Source: a virus. From it: a stretch of DNA of 64,000 bases. The translations under genes and the position numbers were made by a program. Location: positions 25,210-89,209 of IMG/VR virus record IMGVR_UViG_2922727739_000003, one strand, 5' to 3'. How positions within the stretch are numbered: position 1 is the stretch's first letter; the number at the start of each line of letters is the position of its first letter. Positions 11,878-24,246 of this stretch are shown piece after piece. The notes under the pieces were generated by a model, which saw only the letters and a list, made by a program, of their open reading frames with translations, had not been told where the DNA came from and searched no databases.

Positions 11878-14800
11878 TTATTGAATACTTATTTTGAATT
11901 TTTCAGGTAGTGTAATTTTAAGGTTATTGTCAATTGCTTTCATAAAGGTGTGGGTGAGATGCCTGTTCTCTTTTCCTGTCCGTTTGTTTATGACTTTGAT
12001 ACTTGCCATATCTAATCACTCCAGTTCAGGTTAGTTTATTCCTAAGTATTCCAACATTTCTTTCTTCTCTACCTCACTAAAATTCTTCCATGCAGCCTGT
12101 AACTCCAACTTAATACAGTTAAACTCACGCCAATTACCCTCGCTGTTTTTTGTGACAATCCCATACCCATTCAGCATTACATCTAAAGTTTCTATTCTAA
12201 TCACCTCCTTATTTTGATACGGACATTACATGTGGGATTCCTCGTTGCTTGTCCTTTATAAATACTTCATTCGTATCCAAGTTAACAATCTGATAATCTC
12301 TATACATATCCACGTACCACCACAACACATAAGAAACGTGTTCTAATGAACTCCATATAGTCGCTTTATTGGTAGTCTCAACGTCTTCATATGGATGATC
12401 AGTACCCGAATCTACATGTAAGAGATACTTATCTGTCGCCACATCTTGAATTACAAACCTGTAGTGTTTATCTGTCATTGCTGTTTCTCCTCTCTGAACG
12501 TAGTTAATCCTTAATAACATTTATGAATCTGAGTCCTAAAATAAAGTCTCCGTGATTAATATTGGTTTCAGTGGTTGTCCATTCTGTTTCATATCCATGC
12601 GCAATCAATATAGACTGAATTTCATTTATAAATTCTCCTTGTTCCTCTTGGTTGTACCGATAAAAATTCATTTAATTCCACCTTATAAAATAGTAGTTTT
12701 ACTCTGATTATTAACGCTTTTCCATCCGCTCTGCTGCTTCATCAATAAGTGCTTCGAATGATTGTTTAGTTGTTTTAGCCATTTTCATCCAACCTTCAAT
12801 CTCCCAAGGAGACATTTGAGTATTAGGATTTTGAAACCGAGAAGATAAGCCCTTAATCTCTTGTTGGAGATAATAAAAACGGGCGTAAAATCCTTCGTCT
12901 GTCTGGATGGGATGCTTCCGTGTATCTGGATCGTGATATACCGAATTAACGTCCGTCCAAAATTCTTCTCCATTATCTTCAACCAGAACCCTAAGACAAT
13001 CGTCCTTAACCTCCAATACTTTTGCTTGACTACCCTGATTATATTCGTTATCGCTACGAGCAATTTCTACATATGTATCTTTTAAGTATGAATAATCCTT
13101 TTGTTTATTTTTCATTTTGAGTCTCCCTTTATATATATTTCATAGGCAATATTTAGAGTAGTCATCTTTTAACACTTCATGAAAATCATTTTCTATCTTT
13201 TTAAGAATGTGAATCGTTTTAAGTGGAGCAGAGATGTAGTTAATCAATTTAACAATTTCATTAAGCCTTGCAGCCTGATGAATTTTCTTAATATATTCTC
13301 CGCTATCTAACTGCCTAGTTGCATTCTTTAAAATTGTGATTTGTTCGTTTGCTGCATCTATCTCACCTTTAGACAATTCAAAGTTTGAATCAGAATAATA
13401 ATCAAGAAAATAAGTAATCAACTCATCATGATAAATGTTAAATTCGTCACTCATCAATTTTAATAATACCTCTCGGGATTTTAAAAGAGATGCAGCCTTT
13501 AAAGGAAGATCGTCTTTTTCAAAGCTATTCAGTTTATCCGATATATACTCTCCTAGCTGTATTTCATAGATCATTTTAAATTCATCAAGTGAATAATCTT
13601 GATAGTAGTCCTTTATTGTTATAGTTCGATTTTTTTTATTATTAAAATCATAGGTGTATGAATAATCTAGAGATGGAATATTTGTTTTCATACTAATTTT
13701 TTTATTATCAGTTAACTCAACATTTACGTATGGCAATTACATCGCTCCTATTTATAAAATCTTGTTTTTACTTCCACACTCCTCAAAAGATACCCACTTT
13801 ATAATACTTATTTATTCTCCATTCCCCTTTAGAGATAAATTTTTTTACTGTTTCTACATTAACTTCATAGGTATCTAAAGTATCAACGTGTACAATAGAA
13901 TACTTATCTCCTAATTTAGTTGCATAATATTCAAATCCATTCTGATTTTTAAAATAAAATGAATCTTTTAGTTCAATTTCGTTCTTGGTATTATTTTTGT
14001 TTGTTAGCTCATCAAGCTCTTTAAGCAGAGAGTACATCGCTTTATCCTTCAAAGAAATCAATTCATTAATATATTCATCAGTGAACTCGTTTCTTCTCAT
14101 ATCTATTTGTTGCTTTAGGTAACTAATTCGTTTTTCTTTCTCTACTCGTTCTACATGACTCTTCGTGTCTACCTTGGACACAATCCATCTTGTAGGCTTA
14201 ACCCCCTGAATGGAATCCGTAATTCTCAGCACTCTACCTGTTTCATAGCCCTTTTGAGTGTCGCAAACAATCAAATCGTCTTTTTTCAAAACAAGATCAG
14301 TGTAGAATACGTATGGCGTTTGACTTCCGTTGTGTTTTACAATTGCAATTTTAGTCATATGTATTATTCTCCTTTTATCTGCTGTTTTTCTGAGACCAAT
14401 TCTTGTGTTCATCTTCTCTTATAGCAAAATAATTACCATCATGTTGAAAATATTTATAAGCAATAAGTTTATTAGCGGAGTTTTTTATATTCACTCTATC
14501 CCCCATAGTTACAGGAATCCATTGATACGGCTCATTAATTTCATCAAGCCAAAACAAGAAATTTTCCCATTCTAGCTTTGAGACAATTTGAAAGTTGTCC
14601 GCTTTAAACAAATTTCCCCCTCCTTGTAAAAGTATATTTTTATTAGCACTCTCTGCACGCTTCAATTCCATCTGAAAAAGCATCTTGCATCATTTCACAA
14701 ACCTTATCAGCAATTTCAAGAGAATCAAATTCCTGATCATAAGTCCAAAATGGATTATTAGCATCTCCATGTGAAATCCCAACTCTGAATTTTTGAGAAT

Positions 14801-15918
14801 CTAAATCGAGAAAAACTCCATAATATTCATTTTCGCCACTTCTTTTGTACATGCTCATTGTTCGTATGCTCCTTTCTATGTAAAACTCTTCTTTTACTTG
14901 AACTACAGAGTTATTACCTTCACTTCAATTTCAACTTCCTCGCCAGAATGACCAAAAATATCATTTGGGTAAACCCTGCATTTATTTGGATCACTTGAAA
15001 CAAACATCAGTTCATCGTCTTGTTCTGCGTATTCTCCCGATTGATAATCCATCCAGTTCTCTGGTTCTCTTCCAGTAATCAGTGTAAAAGTTTCCCTATC
15101 AACATCGAAGCAAAAAGACTCTCCATCACCAGAATTGACTGCTTTGAATTTAATTGTTTTCAATTGACGATCTCCTTAACTTTTGTTTAAAATTCAAATT
15201 TTACGAGCCATTAATCTTCCCCTATCTCTTCAAATTCAAGAACCAATCCATCACTATAGGGATTAAAGCCTATAATTTTCAAATCTGTTTCTTCTTTTAT
15301 ATTTACTAACTCAAGCTCATTGTCGCCATAATAATCATGATATTGATGTAGCATCTTAATTGCATCGCTTACTCTCATACTAATTCTCCAATCTCAATAG
15401 TTTAGTTGTGTTGGTCTCAAAGATATTCCACTTTCACCGTCATATTCTATTTTAAATGTATTGGTGCATCCTTCATTTCCTATGTAAAACCAGACATCCT
15501 CATCTCCATGATTCTTTTGAAGTTTTTTTAATTCTTTAATTAAGTGATTAAGATCCATTGGGCTACCTCCTTTTCTTTATATAAAATCCAACTTTTATAT
15601 GGTCACATTACAGGTTTGAGAGGTTGTTAGCTGTGTATGAAATTTCGATCAACCCCTACTATGTATCAATCATCATTTTAGTTTATAAAATACTTTTCTG
15701 GAGCACATCATGAATGAACTCGATTCAAACCCTGCATCATTTACTATAAATAACTCAGCTTCGCCTATGCTGCTAATGCTAGATTTCCACCTACCTAAAA
15801 CATATAATTCCCCCTCTGTTAAATCTAATCCCCCGCATAAATTCTTAGTGATAAAAACATGAGTTGCTACGCTTAAATCCTCTGTCGGCTCTAAGCTGGC
15901 AAGTTGATGACTAGACAT
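11878..15918 (-). other. Run of short hypothetical ORFs (11878-12009, 12031-12195, 12209-12520, 12711-13115, 13140-13736, 13783-14412, 14375-14683, 14643-14858, 14903-15163, 15394-15558, 15673-15918)
   Basis: ORF track plus manual translation of sub-60-aa ORFs with SD motifs. Confidence 0.65.
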
Positions 15919-15947
15919 GTGACCATCCCTCTCTGTTTCATATTTTC

Positions 15948-15976
15948 ATTATATTTATTTGTTTAATATAAGTCAA
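15948..15976 (-). promoter_or_regulatory. SigA-type promoter
   Basis: Minus strand TTGACT-17 bp-TATAAT; shares a 25-bp block with 63734-63758. Confidence 0.8.
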
Positions 15977-16076
15977 CAGTTTTATTTCATTATTTACAGT
16001 TGTTTAAATGATCATGTTTCGATATATATAAAAGGGAGGTTTTTACGCCTCCATTTTGATAAAAACTATATTTTAC

Positions 16077-17114
16077 TCAAACTGGTACTTTGTATTTTTC
16101 TTCATTCATTAATGTTATAAAAAAATCTAACCCTTTATCTATTGGCGCATCTTTTTCTTCAAGTACGTCTCTATTTTTGTGTGCCAATATACAAAAAACG
16201 TTATCCCTTATAACAAATTTACTTGCTTCCTCTTTGATATCTTGAGCGCTTATGTTGTTGTCGAAGGCCAATATTATCTCTACACCTAAACGCTCAAGCT
16301 TTAACACCTGCGTTTTACTTAACTCATGTCCACCTACACTCACAGAATGCTTAATACCATAGCTCCATGCCTTCTGGACGCTCTTTTCAGCTTCCCATAC
16401 AATTACTTTGCCAGCCTTTTTGATGTAATCATAAGTCTTATCTAAACCGTATAGGATTTGACTCTTTGGAGTGGGTACAGGAAACCAATATTTAGATGTT
16501 TTTAATTTTTTATAATCAAGCGTAGTTCTTCCTTTCACTCCGACTAGCGCTCCCAGTTCATCTCTGATCGGTATTGTTATACAGTTATCTCTAAGAGAAT
16601 ATCCAACTTCAAATAATCTCTGTGCATCACAATCTATTCCTTCATCAAGAAATAGTTTATTAGGGAAAGCTATGTACGAATCTAGAATAGATTCATCTAC
16701 TTTTCTTAATGGTACTTCATCGTAGACCTCAGTCTTTGGTTCAATCAAATCCAAAAATTGAAGACACGGATCGATTTCTTCTTTTGTATGTTTGTAATCA
16801 GCGTAGTAACTATACCCACAAACCTCACATATATAATACATAGCCTTTGAAAACGAGATGTCTTTATAATGCTGAACAAGTGTTATGATATCAGGATGTC
16901 CGCTACCCAGCTTTGGAAGCGGATTTGTGTAGCAGTTTACAAGTAAAGTATCAGTGAAAACCTGAAGGCTAGAAGGATTATCTCCTCCTGGCCTTGTCGA
17001 TCTTATTTCCCCATAGCTAGACATCCTATCATTGATATGACAACCGAGAGATGTTAAAATATCTGCAACTTTATTGTCTCTTATAATGTTTTCTTTTAAA
17101 GTTTGAGCATCAAT
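16077..17114 (-). CDS. Phage DNA primase (TOPRIM, SPbeta YorJ-like); probable ATT start at 17114
   Basis: IPIRDELGALVGVKGR, LYGL, VWEAEKSV and LAFDN TOPRIM motifs; directly downstream of the helicase; 30-codon extension (IDAQTLKENII...SLGCH) behind SD GAGGTG. Confidence 0.85.
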   Translation of the reverse strand: MDAQTLKENIIRDNKVADILTSLGCHINDRMSSYGEIRSTRPGGDNPSSLQVFTDTLLVNCYTNPLPKLGSGHPDIITLVQHYKDISFSKAMYYICEVCGYSYYADYKHTKEEIDPCLQFLDLIEPKTEVYDEVPLRKVDESILDSYIAFPNKLFLDEGIDCDAQRLFEVGYSLRDNCITIPIRDELGALVGVKGRTTLDYKKLKTSKYWFPVPTPKSQILYGLDKTYDYIKKAGKVIVWEAEKSVQKAWSYGIKHSVSVGGHELSKTQVLKLERLGVEIILAFDNNISAQDIKEEASKFVIRDNVFCILAHKNRDVLEEKDAPIDKGLDFFITLMNEEKYKVPV

Positions 17115-17132
17115 TTTATATCACCTCTCAAG

Positions 17133-18665
17133 TCATTCTTCTTTGTTAAGTGCCTTTTTTAAATCCCTAACTTGTTTTTCTGTTTTAAGCTTTTTGCTTT
17201 CTTTTTTAAGTTGCTTTAATTCTTTCTCGTTTTCAGAAGGAACAAGATACCCTCTCTCAATCCATATATTTTTACCTTTATCAACTTCAAAACATAAAAT
17301 GTCCTTATCTTTGCCGCCACGGTTTTTATCAATGACAACCATATAATAGTTTGTATGTATATCCAATTGAGTTGTAGACTCTCCAATAAAAGGATCATTA
17401 GGATTGTATATCACAAACTTATCATACTGATCTCTGGGTATTGGTTTAGCCATCATTAACGCATCAGCTACATGCTTAATATGCTTACCATTAGCAATGG
17501 CTTGGCTTGTCAGCATATCATTAAACAAGCTGTCGTCAGTCAATTGAAAGGTAGACCAAACAGGAATGTCTTCAGTGCTTGCTACCTCTTTAAGCATGTC
17601 AGCAGTTCTTACGAAAGTCATCCAATCGTGATCTGGTGCTTTCATTGTGTCATAAATTATTAACTGACAATTTCTTAGCTTGTGTCTTTTGATTTGTCGC
17701 TTGAGTGTATTTTCATCATACTTATTTAATTCTAAGAAATAGATTTTACTGTTCTCTTTTATGTATCGAGCTGCTTCCTTAACAATCTCTTCTTCGTCCT
17801 CTGTCAACGTTCCAGTTACAATCTTCGTCTCATCAATTCCGTTAATACCTCTTCGTTTCATTTGAATATCGAATCCAAACTCAGGATTGTTTAGTACGCT
17901 GCTGATCTGCATACCTAACCATTCATTTTCATCCTGTTCATTAACTAGCACCAACACAGGAATTTTCAATTTAATACCTAAATAACAAGCGATTTTACTT
18001 GTAGTACGACTCTTACCACATCCACTGTGCATCCCAAAAAGATTAAACTTTTTCCTTCTAAGACCACGTAGCAATGCGTTGATTATCTCAAATGGTATCG
18101 GTATGCCCACATCTGGAGCCAACTTCCATTCTTCAATCTTTTCAGGCATGTTGTGACCCAGAATAACGCTATCCTCGACTCCACCAATCACTGTACCGAT
18201 GGTGTTGATCTGGTACTCCATTCCTTTAATAATGTCTTCAGTCCCAATTTTGTCAAAATCTTTTCTGTCCATTAACTTTTGGACTGGGAATCCTTTTCGC
18301 TCAAACTCTCTAAGAAGAGAGAATTTTTTAAGTTTTTCATAGTAAACAGGGAAATCATCTAAATCAACAATCTTCGTAATTCTATCTATGTATGAATAGC
18401 CTTTCAAATAGTCATACTTCTTTTTTCGCTCATCATTTGAATTCATATAAATATTTATTTTTACTTCATTTATTTCTGTTCCTGCATGTTGGCTATATAA
18501 ATCAAGTAATGAATCATACATGAACCTAGCCGTTGGCTGATTAAAATCATACTTTGATTTAATTACTTCGCTATAGTCTAAAAGTAAATCAGGGTTCAAA
18601 TAAAAACTTCCCACTACTAACGTTTCAGTTGAGATGTCTTCAATTGTAGATATTACGTCAGAAAT
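17133..18665 (-). CDS. DnaB-like replicative helicase (SPbeta YorI-like); probable ATT start at 18665
   Basis: Walker A GMHSGCGKS, Walker B IIYD, DKNRGG arginine-finger motif; SD GAGGAGG 8 nt before ATT, right after the upstream gene's stop. Confidence 0.9.
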   Translation of the reverse strand: MSDVISTIEDISTETLVVGSFYLNPDLLLDYSEVIKSKYDFNQPTARFMYDSLLDLYSQHAGTEINEVKINIYMNSNDERKKKYDYLKGYSYIDRITKIVDLDDFPVYYEKLKKFSLLREFERKGFPVQKLMDRKDFDKIGTEDIIKGMEYQINTIGTVIGGVEDSVILGHNMPEKIEEWKLAPDVGIPIPFEIINALLRGLRRKKFNLFGMHSGCGKSRTTSKIACYLGIKLKIPVLVLVNEQDENEWLGMQISSVLNNPEFGFDIQMKRRGINGIDETKIVTGTLTEDEEEIVKEAARYIKENSKIYFLELNKYDENTLKRQIKRHKLRNCQLIIYDTMKAPDHDWMTFVRTADMLKEVASTEDIPVWSTFQLTDDSLFNDMLTSQAIANGKHIKHVADALMMAKPIPRDQYDKFVIYNPNDPFIGESTTQLDIHTNYYMVVIDKNRGGKDKDILCFEVDKGKNIWIERGYLVPSENEKELKQLKKESKKLKTEKQVRDLKKALNKEE

Positions 18666-18678
18666 GTTATCGTCCTCC

Positions 18679-19284
18679 TCAATCAAACAGTGTTGTAACA
18701 TCAATCTGGTCATTCTCATCATTCGTTGCTACTTTGCTAATTTGAATCTTAGTAATTTTCTCATGGACATCACTCATTGATTCTATATGCTTGTTTAATA
18801 CTTCAGATTCAACTTGGTTTCGCTGAGTTTGTCTACTTGCTCTAATGGAGTTTTCAATGTTGTTCTTTACTATTGCAAAGCAGTATTTCAGTTCAGCCAT
18901 TAAGGTTTTAAATTCTTTATTCCCTCTAGCCCACTCTATCTTTTCAGAACAATACTCATATGTATTTTTGATTACTTCATATGAAGTTCCTTGCTTATAC
19001 TTTTTATCTAACCTACCAAATAACACCGAATCATTTCTCAAGTCTTGAATAAATGGATAAAAAGTTTTAGGTACAGAGTACCTACCCTGTAATTTATGTA
19101 TTTTAACTATAGTGTCTATCAGCGAGTCTAATTCCTGTTGCTCTTTTTGTTTGAATATTCTTTCTCTCTTCCATTTCTCATGACAGTATTCTCTATGGTA
19201 ATGCCGCTTATCTGTTTCTCTAATCATGTCCACTTTGCGCCCATACTGTCCGCATATGGGGCATTTTAATAAACGTTCAGCCAA
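18679..19284 (-). CDS. Zn-finger replication-module protein (putative helicase loader/initiator partner)
   Basis: N-terminal CPIC...H...C; immediately upstream of the helicase, as in SPbeta-like replication operons. Confidence 0.55.
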   Translation of the reverse strand: MAERLLKCPICGQYGRKVDMIRETDKRHYHREYCHEKWKRERIFKQKEQQELDSLIDTIVKIHKLQGRYSVPKTFYPFIQDLRNDSVLFGRLDKKYKQGTSYEVIKNTYEYCSEKIEWARGNKEFKTLMAELKYCFAIVKNNIENSIRASRQTQRNQVESEVLNKHIESMSDVHEKITKIQISKVATNDENDQIDVTTLFD

Positions 19285-19297
19285 CTTATCACCTCCT

Positions 19298-20134
19298 TTA
19301 AATTGCGAATTTATCGAACACTGGCAATCTCAACATATTGTTTTTGGTATAACCTCTATGTTTAACAATACATTTAATAGTAGGTTGAAGATATACCGTA
19401 TCACGAGTCTCTTTAGTCTTGAGTTGTTGAAAAACCTTATAACCTGCTTGTCTCTCTGCTTTTCCTACTCCCAGTTCCATTACCCCTAATACACGCTCTC
19501 CATCTGATAGCAGCCACCCAAAATCTTCTTTTCTATAGCCAACAATAAAGAATTCATCAATTTCATAAGCAATTATTTTTCTCCATGCGGAAGACCTTTT
19601 ACCTATTTCATATTTAGAGTCAATCAATTTTTGAACGGTTCCTTCTAATCCTTGCTGTTTCACCAAATCAAAATACTCGATACCTCTACCAACGAGAAAT
19701 TTGGATTTTGTATAGTAAGTATTTTCAATGAATGATTCATCAAGTAACTCCTTACGTTCAAGCAAAGGCAGCTTAGTTATATCCTTATTTTTATATTTAA
19801 TAATATCAAACGCACAAGCAGTAACTTTATCCTTACTTTTATTTGATTTGAATCTCTCCATAACTGCCGAAAAGTTGGGTTTACCATCTATGTCAGATAC
19901 GATCAGTTCACAATCAATTATGCTACCAGCAGGAATAGTTAACGAATCGATCAATTCAGGGAAGTTTGAAGTTATTTCATTGTTGTGTCGTGTATACAGT
20001 CGAGGCCGATCAATATTGCTAGCGATTAATCTTATACCATCTAGTTTTAACTCTGTTATATATTTATCATCATTAAATGGTTTATTGTCCTCTGCGTACT
20101 CTAAAAGCATTGGAGATACAAACATATTCATCAC
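19298..20134 (-). CDS. ATP-dependent DNA ligase (short phage type)
   Basis: ELKLDGIR (KxDG), IIDCELIV, AFDI, EGTVQK and SKYEIGKRSSAWRKI motifs. Confidence 0.92.
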   Translation of the reverse strand: MMNMFVSPMLLEYAEDNKPFNDDKYITELKLDGIRLIASNIDRPRLYTRHNNEITSNFPELIDSLTIPAGSIIDCELIVSDIDGKPNFSAVMERFKSNKSKDKVTACAFDIIKYKNKDITKLPLLERKELLDESFIENTYYTKSKFLVGRGIEYFDLVKQQGLEGTVQKLIDSKYEIGKRSSAWRKIIAYEIDEFFIVGYRKEDFGWLLSDGERVLGVMELGVGKAERQAGYKVFQQLKTKETRDTVYLQPTIKCIVKHRGYTKNNMLRLPVFDKFAI

Positions 20135-20210
20135 CCATTTAACAGTATATCAAATGCGTATATACTATTTCTGCGGTAAGTTATGTATATCAGTAAAATT
20201 CAACCTTTTT

Positions 20211-21258
20211 CTATTCTTGTTCTTTTGATTCTTTATTTGTTACTTTTTGTTCATTCTGATTACTTTGATTAGATTTCGCTTTAATCCATTCAAAAAACTG
20301 TCGTGACTGCCCCAAAGTGTAACAGTCTAAAAATTGTTCTGGAGTTATTGCTAACGTTTCATTTAAATACTCTTCTAGCTCACTGATAGAGGCATAAAAA
20401 TAAAATTCACTGTATTGATTACTGGTAAGCAGCTTAATCTTATACTCTTGTTCGCTCATAGATGTAGTCTCCTTGTTGTCGTGTACTTATCTACCCAAGG
20501 GAATTTTCAGTATTAATCCTAATACAGTTGGGCTTGAAAAATCCTTTGTTTTCGATTAAAAATTCCTCTAATCTGCTCAAGTCATAACGATTGCCAGATT
20601 CTTTGACCATTTCTACTAATTCTTCTCTTGTAAAGACACTTTCATGAGCCAATGGTTCTCCATTATCACCTTCATAAGAACCTTCCCACCAAAATTGATA
20701 CAGTTGCATTGAAATCCCCCCATTTTTGATCAAAGTAAACTTTTATTCAAATTAGCACATTACCTTTACTTCTTTATGGATTTCTCGAAGCTCTCTGATC
20801 GCAGATTTAATCTTTCGTTTATCTACTTTTTCATGATAGTATTCAATATCATCTGTTAGGTGTTCTTTGAGTTGCTCGTCAGTCATATCAAACAACTCTA
20901 ATCCACTCCACTCATCCGACCAAATTGAACCAATACACTGACGATTTTCAAATGTTGAAGAGGTGTCACCATTAATATCGTAGTAAAGTTCCCAATACTT
21001 GTACTTTTTATTGATTTTCATTTTCCTACCTCCATTATGGTAAAAGAAAGATTTTAACATAATCTAATTGAAGTCATTACATAGTTCATCCTCTTTTACT
21101 ACTCTTTTATGAATCATGCAATGGAGCGTGTTATTTTCATCGCTATGAGAGTTTGAACAACCCATACAGTCATAATATTTACGATGGGGGTGCTCCTCTC
21201 TTAATAACTCTATCAATTCATCCATTATTTTAGACTCCATTTCTCTGTGAGATAACAA
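20211..21258 (-). other. Short hypothetical ORFs (20211-20459, 20491-20733, 20752-21060, 21064-21258)
   Basis: ORF track, SD motifs. Confidence 0.65.
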
Positions 21259-21260
21259 GT

Positions 21261-22040
21261 TTATTCAACATCTTCTGAAGCAGCGCAATAATCATCTACA
21301 ACATGATCGATCAAATTTTTTTCAGCTTCTTCAAGATCTACATCTAAATCATTTGTTAAGATACTTACCAAATCATCTCTATCGGCAAGTTGACCACTTC
21401 TGTAACTTCCACTTTCACTTATTTCAACAGCAATTTTAGCAATGGGTTCTTTTTTATATCCATACCATTTACACATCATATCGGCAATATCGCCAGGATA
21501 AATCTGTTCATCCTCATCACGATTGTTATGCGCACTAATTAACGTATTGGCAAGGTCTTTTTTGAAATCATCTACGTTTTTTCTGTGATGTTTCAATCTA
21601 ATAGTGATAATTGTGTCTTCGTTTCTTTCAATTATCTCAAAGCGTTCACTCTCTTTTTCTTTTCTTGCTATTTTTGCTGCCAAAGTTGCTTTCTCATCTC
21701 TGTTGTGTCTTCTTCCTAAACCAACTCGAATTAACTCTCTAGCAAATCGTTCATTTGAATCATGATATGGCTGACCTGTTGCATGCAAATGCCAATGACA
21801 CAACTCATGTAATAAAGTTCTTTTTATAGCTCTTTCGGTTCTTCTCTCGTTTACTTCGCTGCTAAATGCAATTGTTTTAATATCGCTACAATAATATCCA
21901 ACTGCACTTTTCCAATCAAGATCTTTTCTGTCCATGTCAATTGTTATTTTAGGGATTTCATCTAATCCCCAATGCTTTTTAACAAGCTGTTTCGCTTGTT
22001 TATTTAACCATTCTAAAGTTACTTCAGGCATTTTTTTCAT
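21261..22040 (-). CDS. SprT-like zinc metalloprotease domain protein
   Basis: TLLHELCHW (HExxH) followed by H-x-x-x-F, typical of SprT. Confidence 0.75.
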   Translation of the reverse strand: MKKMPEVTLEWLNKQAKQLVKKHWGLDEIPKITIDMDRKDLDWKSAVGYYCSDIKTIAFSSEVNERRTERAIKRTLLHELCHWHLHATGQPYHDSNERFARELIRVGLGRRHNRDEKATLAAKIARKEKESERFEIIERNEDTIITIRLKHHRKNVDDFKKDLANTLISAHNNRDEDEQIYPGDIADMMCKWYGYKKEPIAKIAVEISESGSYRSGQLADRDDLVSILTNDLDVDLEEAEKNLIDHVVDDYCAASEDVE

Positions 22041-22664
22041 CTCGCTTTCTATGTAAAAGGAAAATTTGATTAAGTTTGATTCTATTTTTCTTTTGGTTTA
22101 ATGTTTGCAAGGTAAACAATCAATACTAGATAAAACAAAGAACATATCCATACCAACACTGGACCTTCTTTCCAAGGAGACACGTTATAGATAAAATTAA
22201 AAGGCAAAGCGAATACGACTATCAGTAGAACAACAAAAACAAATTTTATAAACAATGTTTCTCTTCCCAATCTAATGGTGCCACGTAGAAAGAATAGAGC
22301 AACTAGAAATATAAGAACCTGAATCCAAGGCATTTTTTATATCACTCTTCCCGTAAAATGTATGATTTATCGAAACGCTTTGACTATATATGTAGGCAAT
22401 TGAGAACCTATCATTCTTCATTCTCATAAACAAACTTAGTCATCCAGCCGTTAAATTCTTTCTTTAGTTTTTTGTACTCATTAACTAACTCTGTATAATA
22501 TGGCTTTTCAGTGTCCGCAATCAATACTGCGTATGCAATTCTTTTTTCAATTAAGGTTAATTCAGTCTCCATTTCCTTAAGCATTGTAAATAAGTTACCC
22601 AAACCATGCTTAGTCACGATTACCCTCCCACTTTCTTCGTAAAGTATTTGTTTTCCATATATAA

Positions 22665-23516
22665 CTAAGAGTTAATCGTGGTTTTATCTTTTGTGTTTCT
22701 TATAATTGTGCATATCCATACAGTAGCAATTGATATGTAAGTCAATGCAAGAATAAGTAAAACAATATCAGCATTGTATAATTTAAGTGTAGTGTATGCG
22801 TCGAACATTGAGTGTGTAAGAATAGCACACCATATCCTTTTTGTAATAAACATTACCAATGAAAAACATAAACCCATTAGACCTATCGTAACTGTAATAT
22901 CTAAATTGATCCATCCATTTGAATAACTAAATGTATGAAGCCAACCAAATATAAATGAGCTTATAAGAAATGATGATATCAATAATGCAATCTTTGTCCC
23001 CTTACTTTTGCTGAACCTTCTAAAGCAAAAAGTAAATATCAAATATATAATAAAAATACTTGAATATCTCCAAATTTCCTCAGCGCCAGCAATAATGTCT
23101 GTAAAAAGACTATAAATAACTTCATTTGAAGCCAAAGCAGTTAATCCCTGCGGGTTTTCATTTTTAACAAACATACCACCAATTAAATTAACTATTGCTG
23201 CTATAAAAACAGGTGCCGATAAGGGGAAAAATACATAATAAATTAAGAAGTTCATTATCTTGTTTTTAACATTTAAATTACTCTTTGGTAATCTAAAATA
23301 TAAATTTTTAGACACCCAGACAGAAAACAAAAATGAAAATACAGACATAGTTATTAGTAAATTAGTAGATCTGATACCAAAACGATGTTTTAATATAATT
23401 AATATTGGAGTTGACACAAAAATTATAGAATTAATTAATACAATTACTTTATTATTGTTGGTAAATGTATCTACTATCCCCTCCAATAAAGCACCTATCT
23501 TCTCTTTTTTCTGCAC
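22665..23516 (-). CDS. CPBP/CAAX (Abi-family) intramembrane metalloprotease
   Basis: Multi-TM; AEEIWR, FGWLH and HSMFD motifs. Confidence 0.8.
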   Translation of the reverse strand: MQKKEKIGALLEGIVDTFTNNNKVIVLINSIIFVSTPILIILKHRFGIRSTNLLITMSVFSFLFSVWVSKNLYFRLPKSNLNVKNKIMNFLIYYVFFPLSAPVFIAAIVNLIGGMFVKNENPQGLTALASNEVIYSLFTDIIAGAEEIWRYSSIFIIYLIFTFCFRRFSKSKGTKIALLISSFLISSFIFGWLHTFSYSNGWINLDITVTIGLMGLCFSLVMFITKRIWCAILTHSMFDAYTTLKLYNADIVLLILALTYISIATVWICTIIRNTKDKTTINS

Positions 23517-23577
23517 GATGGTCTTGCCTCCGCAAAAGTCAATTTCTCTTATTTAATCTCAATCATATCTGTATACA

Positions 23578-24246
23578 TCAATCTCTGCTTATTTTTGGTA
23601 ACTCAAAGTCATGATGAAAATGACCAAAGTACCACTGTTTATAATCTGTCTTCTGCTCAATGCCAAAAAAGTAAGGATGCATTTCATCCATTTCCATGTG
23701 AATGCCACAACGTTGCGTAATGTACTCTAATGCTGGGGTTGAACACGTGTGAGTCAGTATGTAGTCAACTTTCCCATCATGCTTTTTTAAATTCTTCAAA
23801 CCCTCTTCATATTCCTCTTGAGATGGCATCTCACGACTCCACCATGATTTACCTTCCTTGCGGTATTCTTTATCATGTGACGCAGCTCCACCAAACGTAA
23901 AGAACTTCTTTCCCTCAATGTTAAACACTTGTCCGCGCATCAAATGAATTACGCTATTGTTAATCTTATGTACTTTCCCACCATTCCATTGGCTCACTGG
24001 ATACTCCTCAAGCAAATCAAAGTTCTCATGATTGCCATCAATAAAGAGTGTTGTAAATGGTTTCGTCTTGTCTAACCACTTCAGCCAATACTGATCCTCT
24101 TTATCGCCATTCCACAGTAATCCAAAGTCTCCAACAATAATAACATAGTCTTTCTTGGTCATTTCTTTTTGCTGTGGGAAATTTCTAGTATTAAGACGCT
24201 TATTTACACTTATTGTTCCATGAATGTCTCCGGTCACATAGATCAC
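23578..24246 (-). CDS. Calcineurin-like metallophosphoesterase
   Basis: GDIHG, GDFG, GNHE, THT and GHFH motifs. Confidence 0.9.
   Translation of the reverse strand: MIYVTGDIHGTISVNKRLNTRNFPQQKEMTKKDYVIIVGDFGLLWNGDKEDQYWLKWLDKTKPFTTLFIDGNHENFDLLEEYPVSQWNGGKVHKINNSVIHLMRGQVFNIEGKKFFTFGGAASHDKEYRKEGKSWWSREMPSQEEYEEGLKNLKKHDGKVDYILTHTCSTPALEYITQRCGIHMEMDEMHPYFFGIEQKTDYKQWYFGHFHHDFELPKISRD

Noticed and set aside
15394-15558. Apparent slippery A-run frameshift in a small ORF
   Set aside because: Recounting gives seven A residues, so the 54-aa ORF is in frame.
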